A stretch of 64,000 bases of DNA from an uncultured Gemmatimonadales bacterium (GCA_963741945.1 CAVUKA010000001.1:1056001-1120000); one strand, 5' to 3'; shown: positions 9,692 to 20,341, counted from the first letter of the stretch. Notes: generated by a model not told the origin, from the sequence alone. Translations and numbers: made by a program.

Positions 9692-10534
9692 ATGGGAAGC
9701 GCCGACATTGCGCCCGGGGGCGCCGAAGCGCAGGCCCGGCAGGCCAGAGAAGCCGCGGCACCCTGGGTCGAGCGATTGGCTCGCCTCGGGTACGGCGCGA
9801 AAGGGTTCGTGTACCTCCTGGTCGGAGCACTGGCGGTGGGGGTCGCCTGGCAGGGGGGCGGGAACGCCCCGGGCTCGCACGGCGCGCTGGAATGGCTCGA
9901 TGGCTCGGGATGGGGCCGGGTGCTCCTCGGCCTGGTCGCCCTCGGCCTGCTCGGCTACGTGGTCTGGCAGGCTTTCCGGTTGATCGCCAACCCGGAAAAC
10001 GATAGCGCGGGAAAGCGCGCCTTCTACGGCATCACCGGCGCCATCTACGCGGGGCTCGGTCTCGAAGCGGCCCGTCTCGCCATCGACAGCGGCGCCAGCT
10101 CGGGGTCCGGGAGCGGTGGGGGCGGTGCCCGGCACTGGTCGGCCGAGATCCTGTCCGCCCCGGGCGGGCGCTGGATCCTGCTCGGCGTCGGCGTGATCAT
10201 CATCCTCTACGGAGCTCAGCAGCTGTGGTCCAGCTGGCGAGTGGACCTGGACGACCAGCTGTCGCTGGGAGCACTGTCCGCCCGCGCCCGCCGCTGGGTG
10301 GTCCGCATCAGCCGCTTCGGCCTGGCCGCGCGCGGAGTGGTCCTGGGCATCATCGGCGCCTTTTTCGTGATCGCCGGGGTCCGGACCAGCCCGTCCCAGG
10401 CCCGGGGACTGAATGGCGCTCTGGACCTGCTGGCAGGCCTCCCGTGGCTCCTCGGCGTCGTGGCCGCCGGGCTGGCGGCGTACGGAGTGTACAACCTGGT
10501 GCGCGCCCGGTTCCGGGTGATCCGGGCCGGCTGA
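9692..10534 (+). CDS. DUF1206 membrane protein
   Basis: ARLGYGAKGFVY and repeated RFGLAARGVV units, about 6 TM helices. Confidence 0.85.
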   Translation: MGSADIAPGGAEAQARQAREAAAPWVERLARLGYGAKGFVYLLVGALAVGVAWQGGGNAPGSHGALEWLDGSGWGRVLLGLVALGLLGYVVWQAFRLIANPENDSAGKRAFYGITGAIYAGLGLEAARLAIDSGASSGSGSGGGGARHWSAEILSAPGGRWILLGVGVIIILYGAQQLWSSWRVDLDDQLSLGALSARARRWVVRISRFGLAARGVVLGIIGAFFVIAGVRTSPSQARGLNGALDLLAGLPWLLGVVAAGLAAYGVYNLVRARFRVIRAG

Positions 10535-10637
10535 GGGGGAGCGCGGCTCGGCCGCCTTGACCCGGGCGCATGGGCGCGTGTAGCGTTCATGCGTCCCCCG
10601 GGCGCGCCGGAATGCGGAGCGGCGGGGTCGACCCACC

Positions 10638-11642
10638 ATGCGAATCCTCTACGCCGCCCCCGTGCTGATGGCCGCCCTCGCGGTCAATGGAAGCGCCGCT
10701 GCCCGCGCGCAATGCCCGGACCCGACCCTGGCGGGGCGGGTGACCGCCGATGCCGCGCCGGTGGAGGGGGCGGACGTGGTGGCGTACTGGCTCGCCCCGG
10801 ACTCGACGCGTGCGGAGATCCGGCTGACCACGGACGGCACGGGGAGATTCCGCTACTGCGGGCGCCTCCCGGCGTCCAGGTTCCTTTTGCGCGCGCACCT
10901 GCGCGACCGGACCAGTGCCCCTGTGCGGCTGGGGCCGCCCGGTGATGCACCGCTGCGCGCCGATCTCGCGCTCGACCGTCGCTCCGTGCCGTTCCTTCCG
11001 GGATACATCACCAATGCATCCTCCGGTAAGCCCGTGGAGGGCGCACTGGTGCGCGTGCGCGAGGCGGATGGCTGGGCACTGAGCGCGAAGGACGGGAGCT
11101 TCGCGCTCCATGACGTGGAGATCGGGCGTCGCACGCTCGTGGTGAGCCACATCTCGTTCGGCGCCCTGGCCCACGACTTCCTGGTGGGTGCGTCGGAGAA
11201 CCAGCTCGTGGATGTCCGGGTGGACCCGAAGCCGCTGGTCCTGGAGCCGCTGACGGTCACCGTCGCCCGTCGCTTCACCACCCCCGGAATGGCCGCGTTC
11301 TACGACCGGATGGAAAAGGGGACGGGGTACTTCGTCGATCGCGAGGACATCCAGCGGACTTCGCCCTCGAGCATGCTGGACCTGGTCCGCGGGATTCCGG
11401 GGATCCGCTACTACTGCGAGCGCGGTGAGTGCGCCCTGATGGTGAATCGGGCCGCTGCGTGCGACATGATGCTGTTCGTGGACGGATCGCCGTGGGACAT
11501 CCGCGCCCTTCAGGTGTTCGACCCCAGAGACGTCGAAGGCGTGGAGGTCTACCTCCACGTGGGCCAGATCCCCAGCCGCTACCGCGGCGCGGGGGCCGAA
11601 TGCGGGATCGTCGGGATCTGGCTGCGCCCCCGGCGGCCGTAG
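10638..11642 (+). CDS. Secreted carboxypeptidase-regulatory-like domain protein with TonB plug-like C-terminus
   Basis: two PVEGA-xV…DG-xF beta-sandwich repeats, FYDR…G.F..REDI, VEGVEVY…CGIVGIW. Confidence 0.7.
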   Translation: MRILYAAPVLMAALAVNGSAAARAQCPDPTLAGRVTADAAPVEGADVVAYWLAPDSTRAEIRLTTDGTGRFRYCGRLPASRFLLRAHLRDRTSAPVRLGPPGDAPLRADLALDRRSVPFLPGYITNASSGKPVEGALVRVREADGWALSAKDGSFALHDVEIGRRTLVVSHISFGALAHDFLVGASENQLVDVRVDPKPLVLEPLTVTVARRFTTPGMAAFYDRMEKGTGYFVDREDIQRTSPSSMLDLVRGIPGIRYYCERGECALMVNRAAACDMMLFVDGSPWDIRALQVFDPRDVEGVEVYLHVGQIPSRYRGAGAECGIVGIWLRPRRP

Positions 11643-11709
11643 GGTCCGCCAAGGTGCCAACGATCCGGCAGGTCTTCAGCCCGCGTTTCAGAGGCCGGCC
11701 GCTCCCGGA

Positions 11710-12708
11710 TCACCAGCGGATCGCCGCGCTCGCCCAGGTGAACCCGCTCCCGAACGCGGTGAGCATCAGCAGGTCACCACGGTTCAGCCGCCCCATCTGC
11801 ACCGACTCGGCGATGCAGATGGGGATGGTGCCCGCCGTCGTGTTCCCGTAGCGCTGGATGTTGCTGAACACCTTCTCCGGCGGAATCCCCAGTCCCTTCC
11901 CCACCGCCTCGGTGATCCGCTGGTTCGCCTGGTGCGGGATCAGGAGGTCGATGTCCTCCACCGCGAGATCGTTCGCCTCCAGCGCCGCTCGCACCGACTG
12001 CGGCATCCGCACCACCGCGTGCTTGAACACTTCCCGCCCTTCCATGCGCGCGTAGTGCCGCCCCTCGTCCAGGTCTTCGTGGGTGATGCGCGGGAACCGG
12101 GCGGAAGCGCCCGACTCGCACCACAGCTTCTCCGCGAACCGACCGTCCGCCCACAGGTGCGTGGAGAGGATGCCCCGGTCCGGATCGTCGGTCGGGCCCA
12201 GGATCACGGCGCCCGCGCCATCACCGAAAAGCACGCTCAGGTCGCGGCCCTCGGGGCCGAAATCCATGCCCGTGGAATGCACTTCCGCGCCCACCAGCAG
12301 GATGCGGCGATACTGTCCCGTGCGGATCCACGCATCGGCCACGGAGAGGCCGTAGATGAAGCCGCTGCACTGGTTGCGCACGTCGAGGGCCGGAATGCCC
12401 CGGGCGCCCAGCTTCCGCTGCAGGAAGACGCCGCCGCCCGGGAAGAAGTAGTCCGGTGAGAGCGTCGCGTAGACGATGCAGTCGAGCTCGGAAGCGTCCA
12501 TGGAAGCGGCTTCCAGCGCGCGCTCCGTGGCCTTGAGCGCCAGGTCCGAGCCCGCCTCCTTGCCCGGCTCCACCCAGTGTCGCTCCTCGATCCCCGTCCG
12601 CTCCCGGATCCACTCGTCGGACGTGTCCCACCATCGCGTCAGCTCTTCGTTCCTGAAAACCCGCTCCGGAACGTGGAAACCCGCGCTGATGAATTCGGTC
12701 CTCGGCAT
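11710..12708 (-). CDS. fabH: 3-oxoacyl-ACP synthase III
   Basis: DTSDEWIRERTGI, QCSGF catalytic Cys, FGDGAGA, HQAN, YGNT, AFGSGFTW. Confidence 0.93.
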   Translation of the reverse strand: MPRTEFISAGFHVPERVFRNEELTRWWDTSDEWIRERTGIEERHWVEPGKEAGSDLALKATERALEAASMDASELDCIVYATLSPDYFFPGGGVFLQRKLGARGIPALDVRNQCSGFIYGLSVADAWIRTGQYRRILLVGAEVHSTGMDFGPEGRDLSVLFGDGAGAVILGPTDDPDRGILSTHLWADGRFAEKLWCESGASARFPRITHEDLDEGRHYARMEGREVFKHAVVRMPQSVRAALEANDLAVEDIDLLIPHQANQRITEAVGKGLGIPPEKVFSNIQRYGNTTAGTIPICIAESVQMGRLNRGDLLMLTAFGSGFTWASAAIRW

Positions 12709-12856
12709 CGTCGCCTCGCTGCTGGAAGTGGCCCCCGGGATATGGTTCGGCAATCCCATGATGCTACGGCGACGGCCGGTCCGGCAACCTCATCCGGCGG
12801 CGTGGCACCCGGCTTGCTCCTCTTTCCCGGCAGGCGGCACCAGAACAGGAGGAACG

Positions 12857-13777
12857 ATGGCACTGAGACCGATCTCGCGCGTGTCCGACTACGCGTTCCC
12901 GGACGGGGCGTGGGACGTGCGCGGGTGGCGCGTCCGGACGGGCGAGGACGCCGAAAAGGTGGGCAAGGTCGACGACATGCTCCTCGACGGGAGCGGCGCC
13001 CTCCGATACCTCGATGTGGATCTCGGGCTTCTGAAGAAGCACATCCTCGTGCCCCTGGAGCACGCCCGCGCGGACGCCGAAGAGAAGACCGTGTGGGTGG
13101 ATGGGCTCACGCAGGAGCAGCTCGAGGAGGTGCCGGAGTACGCGCTGGAACCCGAGGCGCTCGACACCGACTTCGAGCGCCGCCTGGACGCGGTGTACGG
13201 CGGCAGCTCCGCCCGGGCCCACCGCGACCTGGTCGCTCCGGAGGACCACCCGGATGGCAACCTGGACCTGCGCCGCATGGCGGACCTGGAGAAGGACTAC
13301 CGCGTGGCGGGCGAGGACCCGCGCGGCTGGACCGTGGTGGCCGCGGACGGGAACCACATCGGCCGGGTCGCGGGGCTGCTCATGGACCCGTCGGAGATGC
13401 GCGCCCGCTTCCTGGACGTGGCGGTGGATGAGGAGAAGCTCGACCTGGAGCCCGTGGATCGGCACATCCTGCTCCCGGTTGACCGCATCCGGCTGGCGCG
13501 GAGCAAGAAGCGCGTCATCGTGGGCGGCCTCCTCGCGGGGGACCTGGCGGATTACCCGCAGTACGGCGGTCTTCCCGTGAGCCGACGCACCGAGCCCGAG
13601 CTGAACGCGATCTTCGCCCGCGCCGGGATGGCCGACACGGCCGGCGCTGGCGGCGCCGGGCGAGAGGAGGCGGACGCGCGCGAGCTCCCCGACTGGCGGA
13701 CCACCGCGCTTCAGCGATTCTATGGGCCGGCTGCCCGCCCGCGCACCCGAACCACGGAGGAGGAGCGACATGGCTGA
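12857..13777 (+). CDS. Tandem PRC-barrel domain protein
   Basis: two repeats DVRGW…VGKVDD…RYLDV and DPRGW…IGRV…RFLDV; RBS AGGAGG. Confidence 0.8.
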   Translation: MALRPISRVSDYAFPDGAWDVRGWRVRTGEDAEKVGKVDDMLLDGSGALRYLDVDLGLLKKHILVPLEHARADAEEKTVWVDGLTQEQLEEVPEYALEPEALDTDFERRLDAVYGGSSARAHRDLVAPEDHPDGNLDLRRMADLEKDYRVAGEDPRGWTVVAADGNHIGRVAGLLMDPSEMRARFLDVAVDEEKLDLEPVDRHILLPVDRIRLARSKKRVIVGGLLAGDLADYPQYGGLPVSRRTEPELNAIFARAGMADTAGAGGAGREEADARELPDWRTTALQRFYGPAARPRTRTTEEERHG

Positions 13778-14072
13778 GATCGAGATGGAGCGGCGCCCGC
13801 GTCGCCACGTCTGGCGATGGGTGGTGATCGCCCTGGTGATCGTGGCAGTGGGGGTCGGGGCGTGGATTCTCTGGGGCGGCTCGGACCGCTACGGCAGCGC
13901 GACTCCGGCCGCCGAGACCACTACCGCGCCCGCCACCGGAACGGCCAACCCCGGGGCTGAAGGGGCAGCGGTCGGACCCGGAACGCAGCCGGCGACCGGA
14001 CCACGGACGCCGCCGACCGGGCAGATCCAGGACACGCCGTCCCGGGAGATGGGGGGCATTCCGAAGCCGTAG
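13770..14072 (+). CDS. Small single-TM hypothetical protein
   Basis: GGAGGAGGAG RBS, overlap with upstream stop, basic N-terminus + TM + Pro/Thr/Ala tail. Confidence 0.65.
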   Translation: MAEIEMERRPRRHVWRWVVIALVIVAVGVGAWILWGGSDRYGSATPAAETTTAPATGTANPGAEGAAVGPGTQPATGPRTPPTGQIQDTPSREMGGIPKP

Positions 14073-14075
14073 CCG

Positions 14076-15098
14076 TCAGGTGGGAGTCACCACGCTCCGG
14101 ATGGATGCCCCGCTGCGCAGGAAGTCGAACGCGTCGTCGATCTCGTCCAGGGTGAAGCGGCGGTTCACCAGTTCGGTGACCCTGACACGGCCCTGGCGCA
14201 CGAGATCGATGACGCGCGGGTAGTCCACCGGCCGGCACCCCAGCGATCCCACGATCTCGAGCTCCCGGAACATGACCCGGCCGGCGTTGAGCTCCATGGC
14301 TTTCGGGCTGTAGCCCACGAAGACCACGCGCCCGCCGGTCTTCACCGCGTCCACGGCCAGCGCCTGCGTGTCGGGGCGACCCACGGCCTCGAACGCCACG
14401 TCGGCGCCGCCATCCGTGAGCGCGCGGAGCGCCTTGTCCGGGCGCTCCACGCTGTTCGGGTTCAGCGTGGCCTCCGCGCCCAGGCGCTCGGCCCACGCCA
14501 GCTTCTCGGGCGACACGTCCACGCCCACGACGCGGGCGCCCACCACGGCGGCCATCTGCACGACGTTCAGTCCGACCCCGCCACACCCCACCACCACCAC
14601 CCGGTCACCCGGCCGGACGCGGCCGCGGTTCATCACCGCGTGGAACGGGGTGGTGAGGGCGTCGGCGATGATGGAGCCCTCCACGAGCGGGATCTCGTCC
14701 GGGAGTCGGAACACGTCCCGTGCGGGGACGGCGACGTACTCGGCGTACCCTCCGTCGATGTTGTTGCCCAGCATGATCCCGTTCCGGCAGATGTTCTCGC
14801 GGCCCGTCCGGCATGCATCGCAGTGGCCGCACGACAGCACCGCCGGGAGGAGCACGTGATCGCCCTCCAGCAGCCGCCCCGTCGGGTCGGGGCTGGCCAG
14901 CGTGCCCGCGATCTCGTGGCCGAGCACCATCGGCGGATTCTTGAAGGTGGGCGTGCCGTGGTCGAGGTAGTGGAGGTCGGTGTGGCACACCCCGCAGGCC
15001 GCCACCTTCACGAGCACCTCGCCGGCGCCCGGCTCCGGCACGGGGATGTCCTCGATGGTGAGCGGGCGGTTGGCGCCATGGAAGAGAGCGGCCTTCAT
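14076..15098 (-). CDS. had: Zn-dependent dehydrogenase, likely 6-hydroxycyclohex-1-ene-1-carbonyl-CoA dehydrogenase
   Basis: CGVCHTDLHY, GHE, PAVLSCGHCDACRTGRENIC, ADALTTPF, GSLGCRPVDYP; last gene of bcr operon. Confidence 0.82.
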   Translation of the reverse strand: MKAALFHGANRPLTIEDIPVPEPGAGEVLVKVAACGVCHTDLHYLDHGTPTFKNPPMVLGHEIAGTLASPDPTGRLLEGDHVLLPAVLSCGHCDACRTGRENICRNGIMLGNNIDGGYAEYVAVPARDVFRLPDEIPLVEGSIIADALTTPFHAVMNRGRVRPGDRVVVVGCGGVGLNVVQMAAVVGARVVGVDVSPEKLAWAERLGAEATLNPNSVERPDKALRALTDGGADVAFEAVGRPDTQALAVDAVKTGGRVVFVGYSPKAMELNAGRVMFRELEIVGSLGCRPVDYPRVIDLVRQGRVRVTELVNRRFTLDEIDDAFDFLRSGASIRSVVTPT

Positions 15099-15361
15099 CG
15101 GGGCATCCTCGTGTAGACAACGCGAAAGAGGGAGAGGGCGAGCGTGCACCCGGCGCACTCGTGCGCCAGGTCATCGTCCTCCAGGGGCTCGAGCAGCACC
15201 TCCCGACCCACCGAGCGGTAGAGCGCCGCCATCTCCCCAAGACGGGGCGGGGCGCCGATGAAGCGTCGCGTCCAGCCGGCCCGCGCCAGGACCTCGTCGC
15301 GCTCCCGGACGCGCGCGCTGGCGGCCGGCCCGATGTCGAGCGCGGGCACCGGCGCGCTCAC
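15095..15361 (-). CDS. Small hypothetical CxxC protein inside the bcr operon (88 aa)
   Basis: GTGA and ATGA overlaps at both ends; GWTRRF…PRL.E…LY…CAGC…FRVVYTR. Confidence 0.7.
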   Translation of the reverse strand: MSAPVPALDIGPAASARVRERDEVLARAGWTRRFIGAPPRLGEMAALYRSVGREVLLEPLEDDDLAHECAGCTLALSLFRVVYTRMPR

Positions 15362-16179
15362 GCGGCCGCGGCCTCGGCGTCCTCGGCTTCGAGCTTCTCC
15401 AGCCGGCGCCGTGCGAGGATCGCGGCGCCGATTGCGCCGGTGTACTGGACCAGCGGCTCGGGCGGCACGTTGACGCCCTCCGCCAGGTGCTCGCGCATGA
15501 CGCGCACCATGGTGGGAAAGCGCATGATCCCGCCCACCAGCGTGAACTCGGGCTCCATCTGCACGCGCTTCATGAGCCGCACGCTCTTCTCGATGAGCGA
15601 CTCCATGGCGCCCAGCATGATCTCGCCGGGCTGGCTCCCGTTGCTCACGTGATTGATCACCTCCGACTCGGCGAACACCGCGCAAACTCCGCTGATGGGC
15701 ACCGACGCCTGCGCGCCCTGGACCAGCATCCCGATCTCCTCGAGGCCATAGCCGAGATAGCGGGCCGTCTTCTCCAGGAACGCGCCCGTGCCCGCGGCGC
15801 ACTTGTCGTTCAGACGGAACGAGCGGACCTTCCCCGCGTCATCGACGCGCATCGCCTTCATCGTCTGCCCGCCAATGTCCAGCACCGTGCGGGTCGACGG
15901 AAAGAACCAGCGCGTGCCCCACGACTGCGCCGTCAGGTCGGTGGCCTGGACGTCCCGGAACGCCACCTGGTTGCGGCCGTAGCCGGTGGTGGCGGTGTAG
16001 ACCACGTCCGCGGCCGTCACGCCCGCCTCGGCCAGCGCGGAATCCAGCGCCGCGCGCGCCGCCGCTTCCAGGCGATATCCGGTCGGCACCATGCTCCGGG
16101 CCAGCAGCTGGCCGGCCTCGTCCAGGATCGCGGCCTTCGTGTACGTCGAGCCGACGTCCACTCCCACCGTGCAGGTCAT
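15358..16179 (-). CDS. bcrD: Benzoyl-CoA reductase ATPase/activase subunit, BcrD-like
   Basis: ASKHA motifs [40 protein letters not shown]. Confidence 0.78.
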   Translation of the reverse strand: MTCTVGVDVGSTYTKAAILDEAGQLLARSMVPTGYRLEAAARAALDSALAEAGVTAADVVYTATTGYGRNQVAFRDVQATDLTAQSWGTRWFFPSTRTVLDIGGQTMKAMRVDDAGKVRSFRLNDKCAAGTGAFLEKTARYLGYGLEEIGMLVQGAQASVPISGVCAVFAESEVINHVSNGSQPGEIMLGAMESLIEKSVRLMKRVQMEPEFTLVGGIMRFPTMVRVMREHLAEGVNVPPEPLVQYTGAIGAAILARRRLEKLEAEDAEAAAA

Positions 16180-17042
16180 GCCACCTCCCGCGCTGTGGCG
16201 CAGCCCCGGCCCGCATCGCCGTCCGCGGCCGCACCGGTGAGATCCCCCGCCGGGATGAGCGCTCCCTCCGCCCGCTCGAGCGCGAACAGGGCCGCGCCCA
16301 GAGCGCCGATGAAGTGGGACTCGGCCCCCACGTTCATCTCCGTGCCGAGCAGCTCGTTCAGCACGTGCACCATGGCCGGGTTCTTCGTCACCCCGCCCGT
16401 GAAGGTCACTTCCTCCTCCACGCCCACCCGCTTGAGGAGACCGAACGAGCGCTTGGCGATGGACTGATGCACGCCCAGCAGGATGTCCTCGAGCTTCCGG
16501 CCGCGCGCCAGCCACGACAGCACTTCCGACTCCGCGAATACGGTGCACGTGGTGCTGATCGGCACCGGCCGCCGGCCCCGGAGCGCCGTGGGCCCGAGGT
16601 CCGCCAGGTCCAGCTCCAGCGCCGCCGCCGCCGACTGGAGGAAGCGGCCGGTGCCCGCCGAGCACTTGTCGTTCATGCAGAAGTCCAGCACCTGGCCGCC
16701 GGCCTGCACCCGGATCGCCTTGGTGTCCTGGCCACCCATGTCCAGCACGGTCCGCGTGCCGGGGAACATCTCCGCCGCCCCGCGGGCGTGGCACACGATC
16801 TCCGTCACCTGCGTGTCGCCGAACTCCACCTTGTAGCGGCCGTACCCCGTGCCGATGACGAAGTCCACGTCGCGCCGCGCGAGCCCGGCCTCGGCCAGCG
16901 CCAGCGCGAACGCGTTCTCCGCGGCCTCCACCACGTTTGCGCCCGTGTCGATGAGGCTGCGCCCGACGATGCGACGGTCGCCGTCCACCACCACGGCCTT
17001 GGTCTGGGTCGAACCGACATCCACTCCGCCCGCGTGTCTCAT
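16176..17042 (-). CDS. bcrA: Benzoyl-CoA reductase ATPase/activase subunit, short BcrA/BzdQ-like
   Basis: [51 protein letters not shown]. Confidence 0.78.
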   Translation of the reverse strand: MRHAGGVDVGSTQTKAVVVDGDRRIVGRSLIDTGANVVEAAENAFALALAEAGLARRDVDFVIGTGYGRYKVEFGDTQVTEIVCHARGAAEMFPGTRTVLDMGGQDTKAIRVQAGGQVLDFCMNDKCSAGTGRFLQSAAAALELDLADLGPTALRGRRPVPISTTCTVFAESEVLSWLARGRKLEDILLGVHQSIAKRSFGLLKRVGVEEEVTFTGGVTKNPAMVHVLNELLGTEMNVGAESHFIGALGAALFALERAEGALIPAGDLTGAAADGDAGRGCATAREVA

Positions 17043-18370
17043 GCGACCTCCTCCCTTGCGGCGGCACCGCTGCCGGCGATCGCGCCGTTCATCCGCAGCT
17101 TGCGACTCTCCAGCCCCTCGAAGAACGCGTCGATGCGGTTCTTCAGCTGCGCTTCCGAGACCACGCGCTTGTCCATCATGTCGCTCTCGATGTAGAGGGC
17201 CAGGACATCGCGCTCGGCCAGGAGCACCCGCCGGCTGTCGGCCAGGCTCGTCGAGACCGTGCGGCAGCTCTTCACGGGGTGGTAGACCACGCCGTCCGCG
17301 CCGTAGCGGTCCACCGCTTCCAGGAGCAGCCGGTCCTGGAAGAGCATGGCGTCGGTGGCCCGGCGCACGCTGCGCAGGACTCCTTCGGCCAGGCTCACCA
17401 GCGGGCGCGACAGGTCATACTCGAAATCCAGGTCCAGGCCGCCGGAGGCGAACCACAGGTAGGTGGAGCTCACGAATGCGCCGCCCCACTCGCTGAACAT
17501 TGCGTGGAAGCGCGAGAAGATCGGATAGCAGGGGACGCCCACGAAGATCAGGCGGTGCCGCTCGGGCGTCTCACCCAGGGCCCCGCGGCCCTCGGCCAGG
17601 CGCAGCTCCAGCTCCTCGGCCAGGTCGCGGAAGTAGTCCGCGCCCTCCTGCGTGCCGCGCAGCGCGTTCGCCACACCCAGGTACATGGTGCCCTCGAGCA
17701 CCGCGTCGAACGCGGCGGGGGCGCGGGCGTTCAGCGCCAGCACGCGGCGGTAGTGCCGGCCCATCTCGTTGGCGTGGCCCAGCACCTCGCGAAAGCGGTC
17801 GATGTCGAAGCGCCTGCCCGTGAGCGACTCCAGCACCTGGATGAGCTCCCGCAGCTGGTTCTCCACGTACGAGAGGTCCGCGGCCGAGCCGACGCCCGTG
17901 GCGCTGTCCAGGACCGAGCGCGACTGCGGCACGTCCACCGTGAAGACCGGGACGTCGTACATCCGCTCCCAGATCTCGGCCCATTTGAGGTAGGTGTTGC
18001 ACGCGTTCGTCAGCACCGCGATGGACGGTGGCGGGATCATTCCGCGCGGGTGCTCGCCGTTGCGGCGCTGGAGCGCATAGTCGGCCTTCACGTAGCCGCA
18101 CACGTCCGGGGAGAAGCCTTCGTCCTCGGCCTGGCTCAGGTACCCGTCCGAGACCTTCTTCACCGCCGTCTGGAGCGAGTTGATCTCGGGGAAGACCGTG
18201 TGCAGGCCGAACGTGCGCAGGATCTCCGTGAGACTCCCCATGACGAAGACATACGCGGCCTGCTCCCCGGCCGAGTGGGCGTGCGTGAGCTCCTCATACC
18301 ACCGGTCGAACAGCTGCCTGCCGTGCCGGAAGGCGCGTCCGTGGATGAGCTCCGAAGTCACTGGATTCAT
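17039..18370 (-). CDS. bcrB: Benzoyl-CoA reductase subunit B (2-hydroxyacyl-CoA dehydratase family)
   Basis: [35 protein letters not shown]…KNRIDAFF resemble Thauera BcrB. Confidence 0.85.
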   Translation of the reverse strand: MNPVTSELIHGRAFRHGRQLFDRWYEELTHAHSAGEQAAYVFVMGSLTEILRTFGLHTVFPEINSLQTAVKKVSDGYLSQAEDEGFSPDVCGYVKADYALQRRNGEHPRGMIPPPSIAVLTNACNTYLKWAEIWERMYDVPVFTVDVPQSRSVLDSATGVGSAADLSYVENQLRELIQVLESLTGRRFDIDRFREVLGHANEMGRHYRRVLALNARAPAAFDAVLEGTMYLGVANALRGTQEGADYFRDLAEELELRLAEGRGALGETPERHRLIFVGVPCYPIFSRFHAMFSEWGGAFVSSTYLWFASGGLDLDFEYDLSRPLVSLAEGVLRSVRRATDAMLFQDRLLLEAVDRYGADGVVYHPVKSCRTVSTSLADSRRVLLAERDVLALYIESDMMDKRVVSEAQLKNRIDAFFEGLESRKLRMNGAIAGSGAAAREEVA

Positions 18371-18378
18371 GGGCCGCC

Positions 18379-19572
18379 TCATTCGAACAGCAGGTTCTCG
18401 ACGAAGGTCTCGAGCTGGATCTGCAGGTGATCGTACGCCGTCATGTTCTCCTCGAACTCCGTCACGAAGTACGGGATCTTCTCCCGGTCCAGCGCCTGTG
18501 AGTACGCCACCTGCTCGTCCAGGCCGGGCTCGCACATCTTGGCCGCGGCCACGATCGCCGCCTCCGCCGAGGCCGCGCGGATGCGGCGAAGCAGCATCTG
18601 CTCCTTCGGCTTCCGGAGGTCGTGCTGGACCGGGCTGTACGACGATCGCTCCAGGTACGCCTCCGCCAGCCTGCCCACGGGATCCCCCGCCAGATCCACG
18701 TCCTCGGTGATCCAGCGCAGGCCGATCAGGAGGTCGTCATCCACCACGTAGACGAACTGCGCGATGGAGCGGAGCAGGTCGAGCGGCGGCTGCTCGCAGA
18801 AGCCGCCCTCGAACACCACGCGCATGCGGTCCTGCCGGCGGGCGTCACGCTCCCGGATGCGGGGAATGAGCGCGCGCAGGAGGTGATTGTGCTCCTCGCG
18901 CGTGACCAGCCCCGCCAGCGCCACCAGCGCGTACGCCTCGTCCACCGGCAACCGCCACGGCTCCTCCCGCTTGATGGTGTAGAGCTCCCGCAGCAGACGA
19001 CGATTCTCATTGAACACTGCGATGGCATCGCGGATCTCGTCGTCGCCCACGGTGCGGCCGACCACCGCTTCGATCTCGACCAGCACGCGTCGGTACTCCG
19101 CGGTCAGGAACTCGGCCGAGAAGCGGGAGTTGGGGTTCTGCGGGAAGTACAGGATCTGCGCGGGCGTGCTCACGTTCCGCTCCCAGATCCCGGCCAGGTT
19201 GCGAGCCACGTCGCAGATCGGGTGGGTGACGAACAGATCCGGCACCAGCGTCCCGTTCATGGCCAGCTCGAGCGTGGTCCGCGGAATGGAGCAGATGGCG
19301 GAGCCGAAGCGAGAATCGGCTTCCCGGCGATCCACCTGGCCGCCGCGGATCTTCACCGGGAGCATCCCCGCCGCGTGGGCCAGCTCTTCGGGGAAGTAGA
19401 CCTGGAAATGGCCCAGCACCTTGCCGCCACCCTCCCGCCACTTCCGCACGGTTGGGTACTCGACGTCCTCCACCACCTCGCGGCAGCGGGCCAGCACGTG
19501 GTCGAGCGGGTCCGAGAGATCGATGTCCAGCAACCGCTCGGGGGGTGGGATCTCGCGCCTGGGTGTCGCCAT
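18379..19572 (-). CDS. bcrC: Benzoyl-CoA reductase subunit C
   Basis: ARC, HAAGMLP, ICSIPR, ICDVARNL, NENR, EPW, EEHN, FCEQPPL, VDDD resemble Thauera BcrC. Confidence 0.88.
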   Translation of the reverse strand: MATPRREIPPPERLLDIDLSDPLDHVLARCREVVEDVEYPTVRKWREGGGKVLGHFQVYFPEELAHAAGMLPVKIRGGQVDRREADSRFGSAICSIPRTTLELAMNGTLVPDLFVTHPICDVARNLAGIWERNVSTPAQILYFPQNPNSRFSAEFLTAEYRRVLVEIEAVVGRTVGDDEIRDAIAVFNENRRLLRELYTIKREEPWRLPVDEAYALVALAGLVTREEHNHLLRALIPRIRERDARRQDRMRVVFEGGFCEQPPLDLLRSIAQFVYVVDDDLLIGLRWITEDVDLAGDPVGRLAEAYLERSSYSPVQHDLRKPKEQMLLRRIRAASAEAAIVAAAKMCEPGLDEQVAYSQALDREKIPYFVTEFEENMTAYDHLQIQLETFVENLLFE

Positions 19573-19573
19573 G

Positions 19574-20341
19574 CTATGCGTCGCTCCAGACCGGCGCGCG
19601 CTTCTCCATGAACGCCGCCAGTCCCTCGTGAGGATCGTGCAGGGCCATCAGCTCGTCGAGGTACAGCGCGTCCGCACCCGCCAGCGCCGCCGACAGCGGG
19701 CGGTCCAGCCCCTCGAGCACGGCGCGCTTGGCCAGCGCCAGCACCGGCCGACTGAGCCCGGCGAGCGGCGCCACGTACTCGCTCACGGCCTCGCCGAACG
19801 CGTCCGCCGGGAGCACGGCCGTGACCAGACCCATCACCTGCGCCTCCTCAGCCAGGATGGTCCGGCCGGTCAGCACCAGGTCCAGCGCCCGCTGCACCCC
19901 CACCCGGCGGGGGAGGAGCGCGGCCGCCGCCGGGGGAAAGACGCCGAGGCGGATCTCCGGCTGGCCAAGCTTGGCGCCGGAACGCGCCAGGACCACGTCG
20001 CAGGCCAGCGCCAGCTCGAGGCCGCCCCCCAGCGCGGCGCCGTTCAGCGCCGCCACGACAGGGAGGTCCACCGCCAGCAGCGCACGGATGGCGCGGGAGA
20101 ACGACTCGATCATCCCCCCCACGCGCTCGGTGGTGTGGTCTGCCACGTCCACCCCGGCGCAGAACGCGCTGCCCTCGCCCGTGAGCACCACTGCGCGTGT
20201 CGCCGGATCCGCATTTGCGACCCCCACTGCCCCGGCCAGCTCGTCCAGCATCTCCGTGGTCAGGACGTTCAGCGGAGGACGGTTCAGGACCACGCGGGCG
20301 ATTGCGGTGCCGAAGTCGACGCGAAGGTGCCGGTACGCCAC
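19574..20341 (-). CDS. dch: Enoyl-CoA hydratase, likely cyclohexa-1,5-diene-1-carbonyl-CoA hydratase
   Basis: GVDVADH, LGGGLEL, GQPEIRLGVFPP, YLDELM…EGL.AF.EKR; position in bcr operon. Confidence 0.82.
   Translation of the reverse strand: MAYRHLRVDFGTAIARVVLNRPPLNVLTTEMLDELAGAVGVANADPATRAVVLTGEGSAFCAGVDVADHTTERVGGMIESFSRAIRALLAVDLPVVAALNGAALGGGLELALACDVVLARSGAKLGQPEIRLGVFPPAAAALLPRRVGVQRALDLVLTGRTILAEEAQVMGLVTAVLPADAFGEAVSEYVAPLAGLSRPVLALAKRAVLEGLDRPLSAALAGADALYLDELMALHDPHEGLAAFMEKRAPVWSDA

Noticed and set aside
12857-13777. Resemblance to photosynthetic reaction-centre H subunit (DPRG…V…DG motif)
   Set aside because: Two PRC barrels, no N-terminal TM helix and no puf/bch genes nearby. Generic PRC-barrel protein, not evidence of phototrophy.
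15358-19572. Interpretation as 2-hydroxyacyl-CoA (phenyllactyl-CoA) dehydratase plus activator
   Set aside because: Two distinct ATPase subunits, BcrB/C-specific motifs and flanking dch/oah/had favour benzoyl-CoA reductase.
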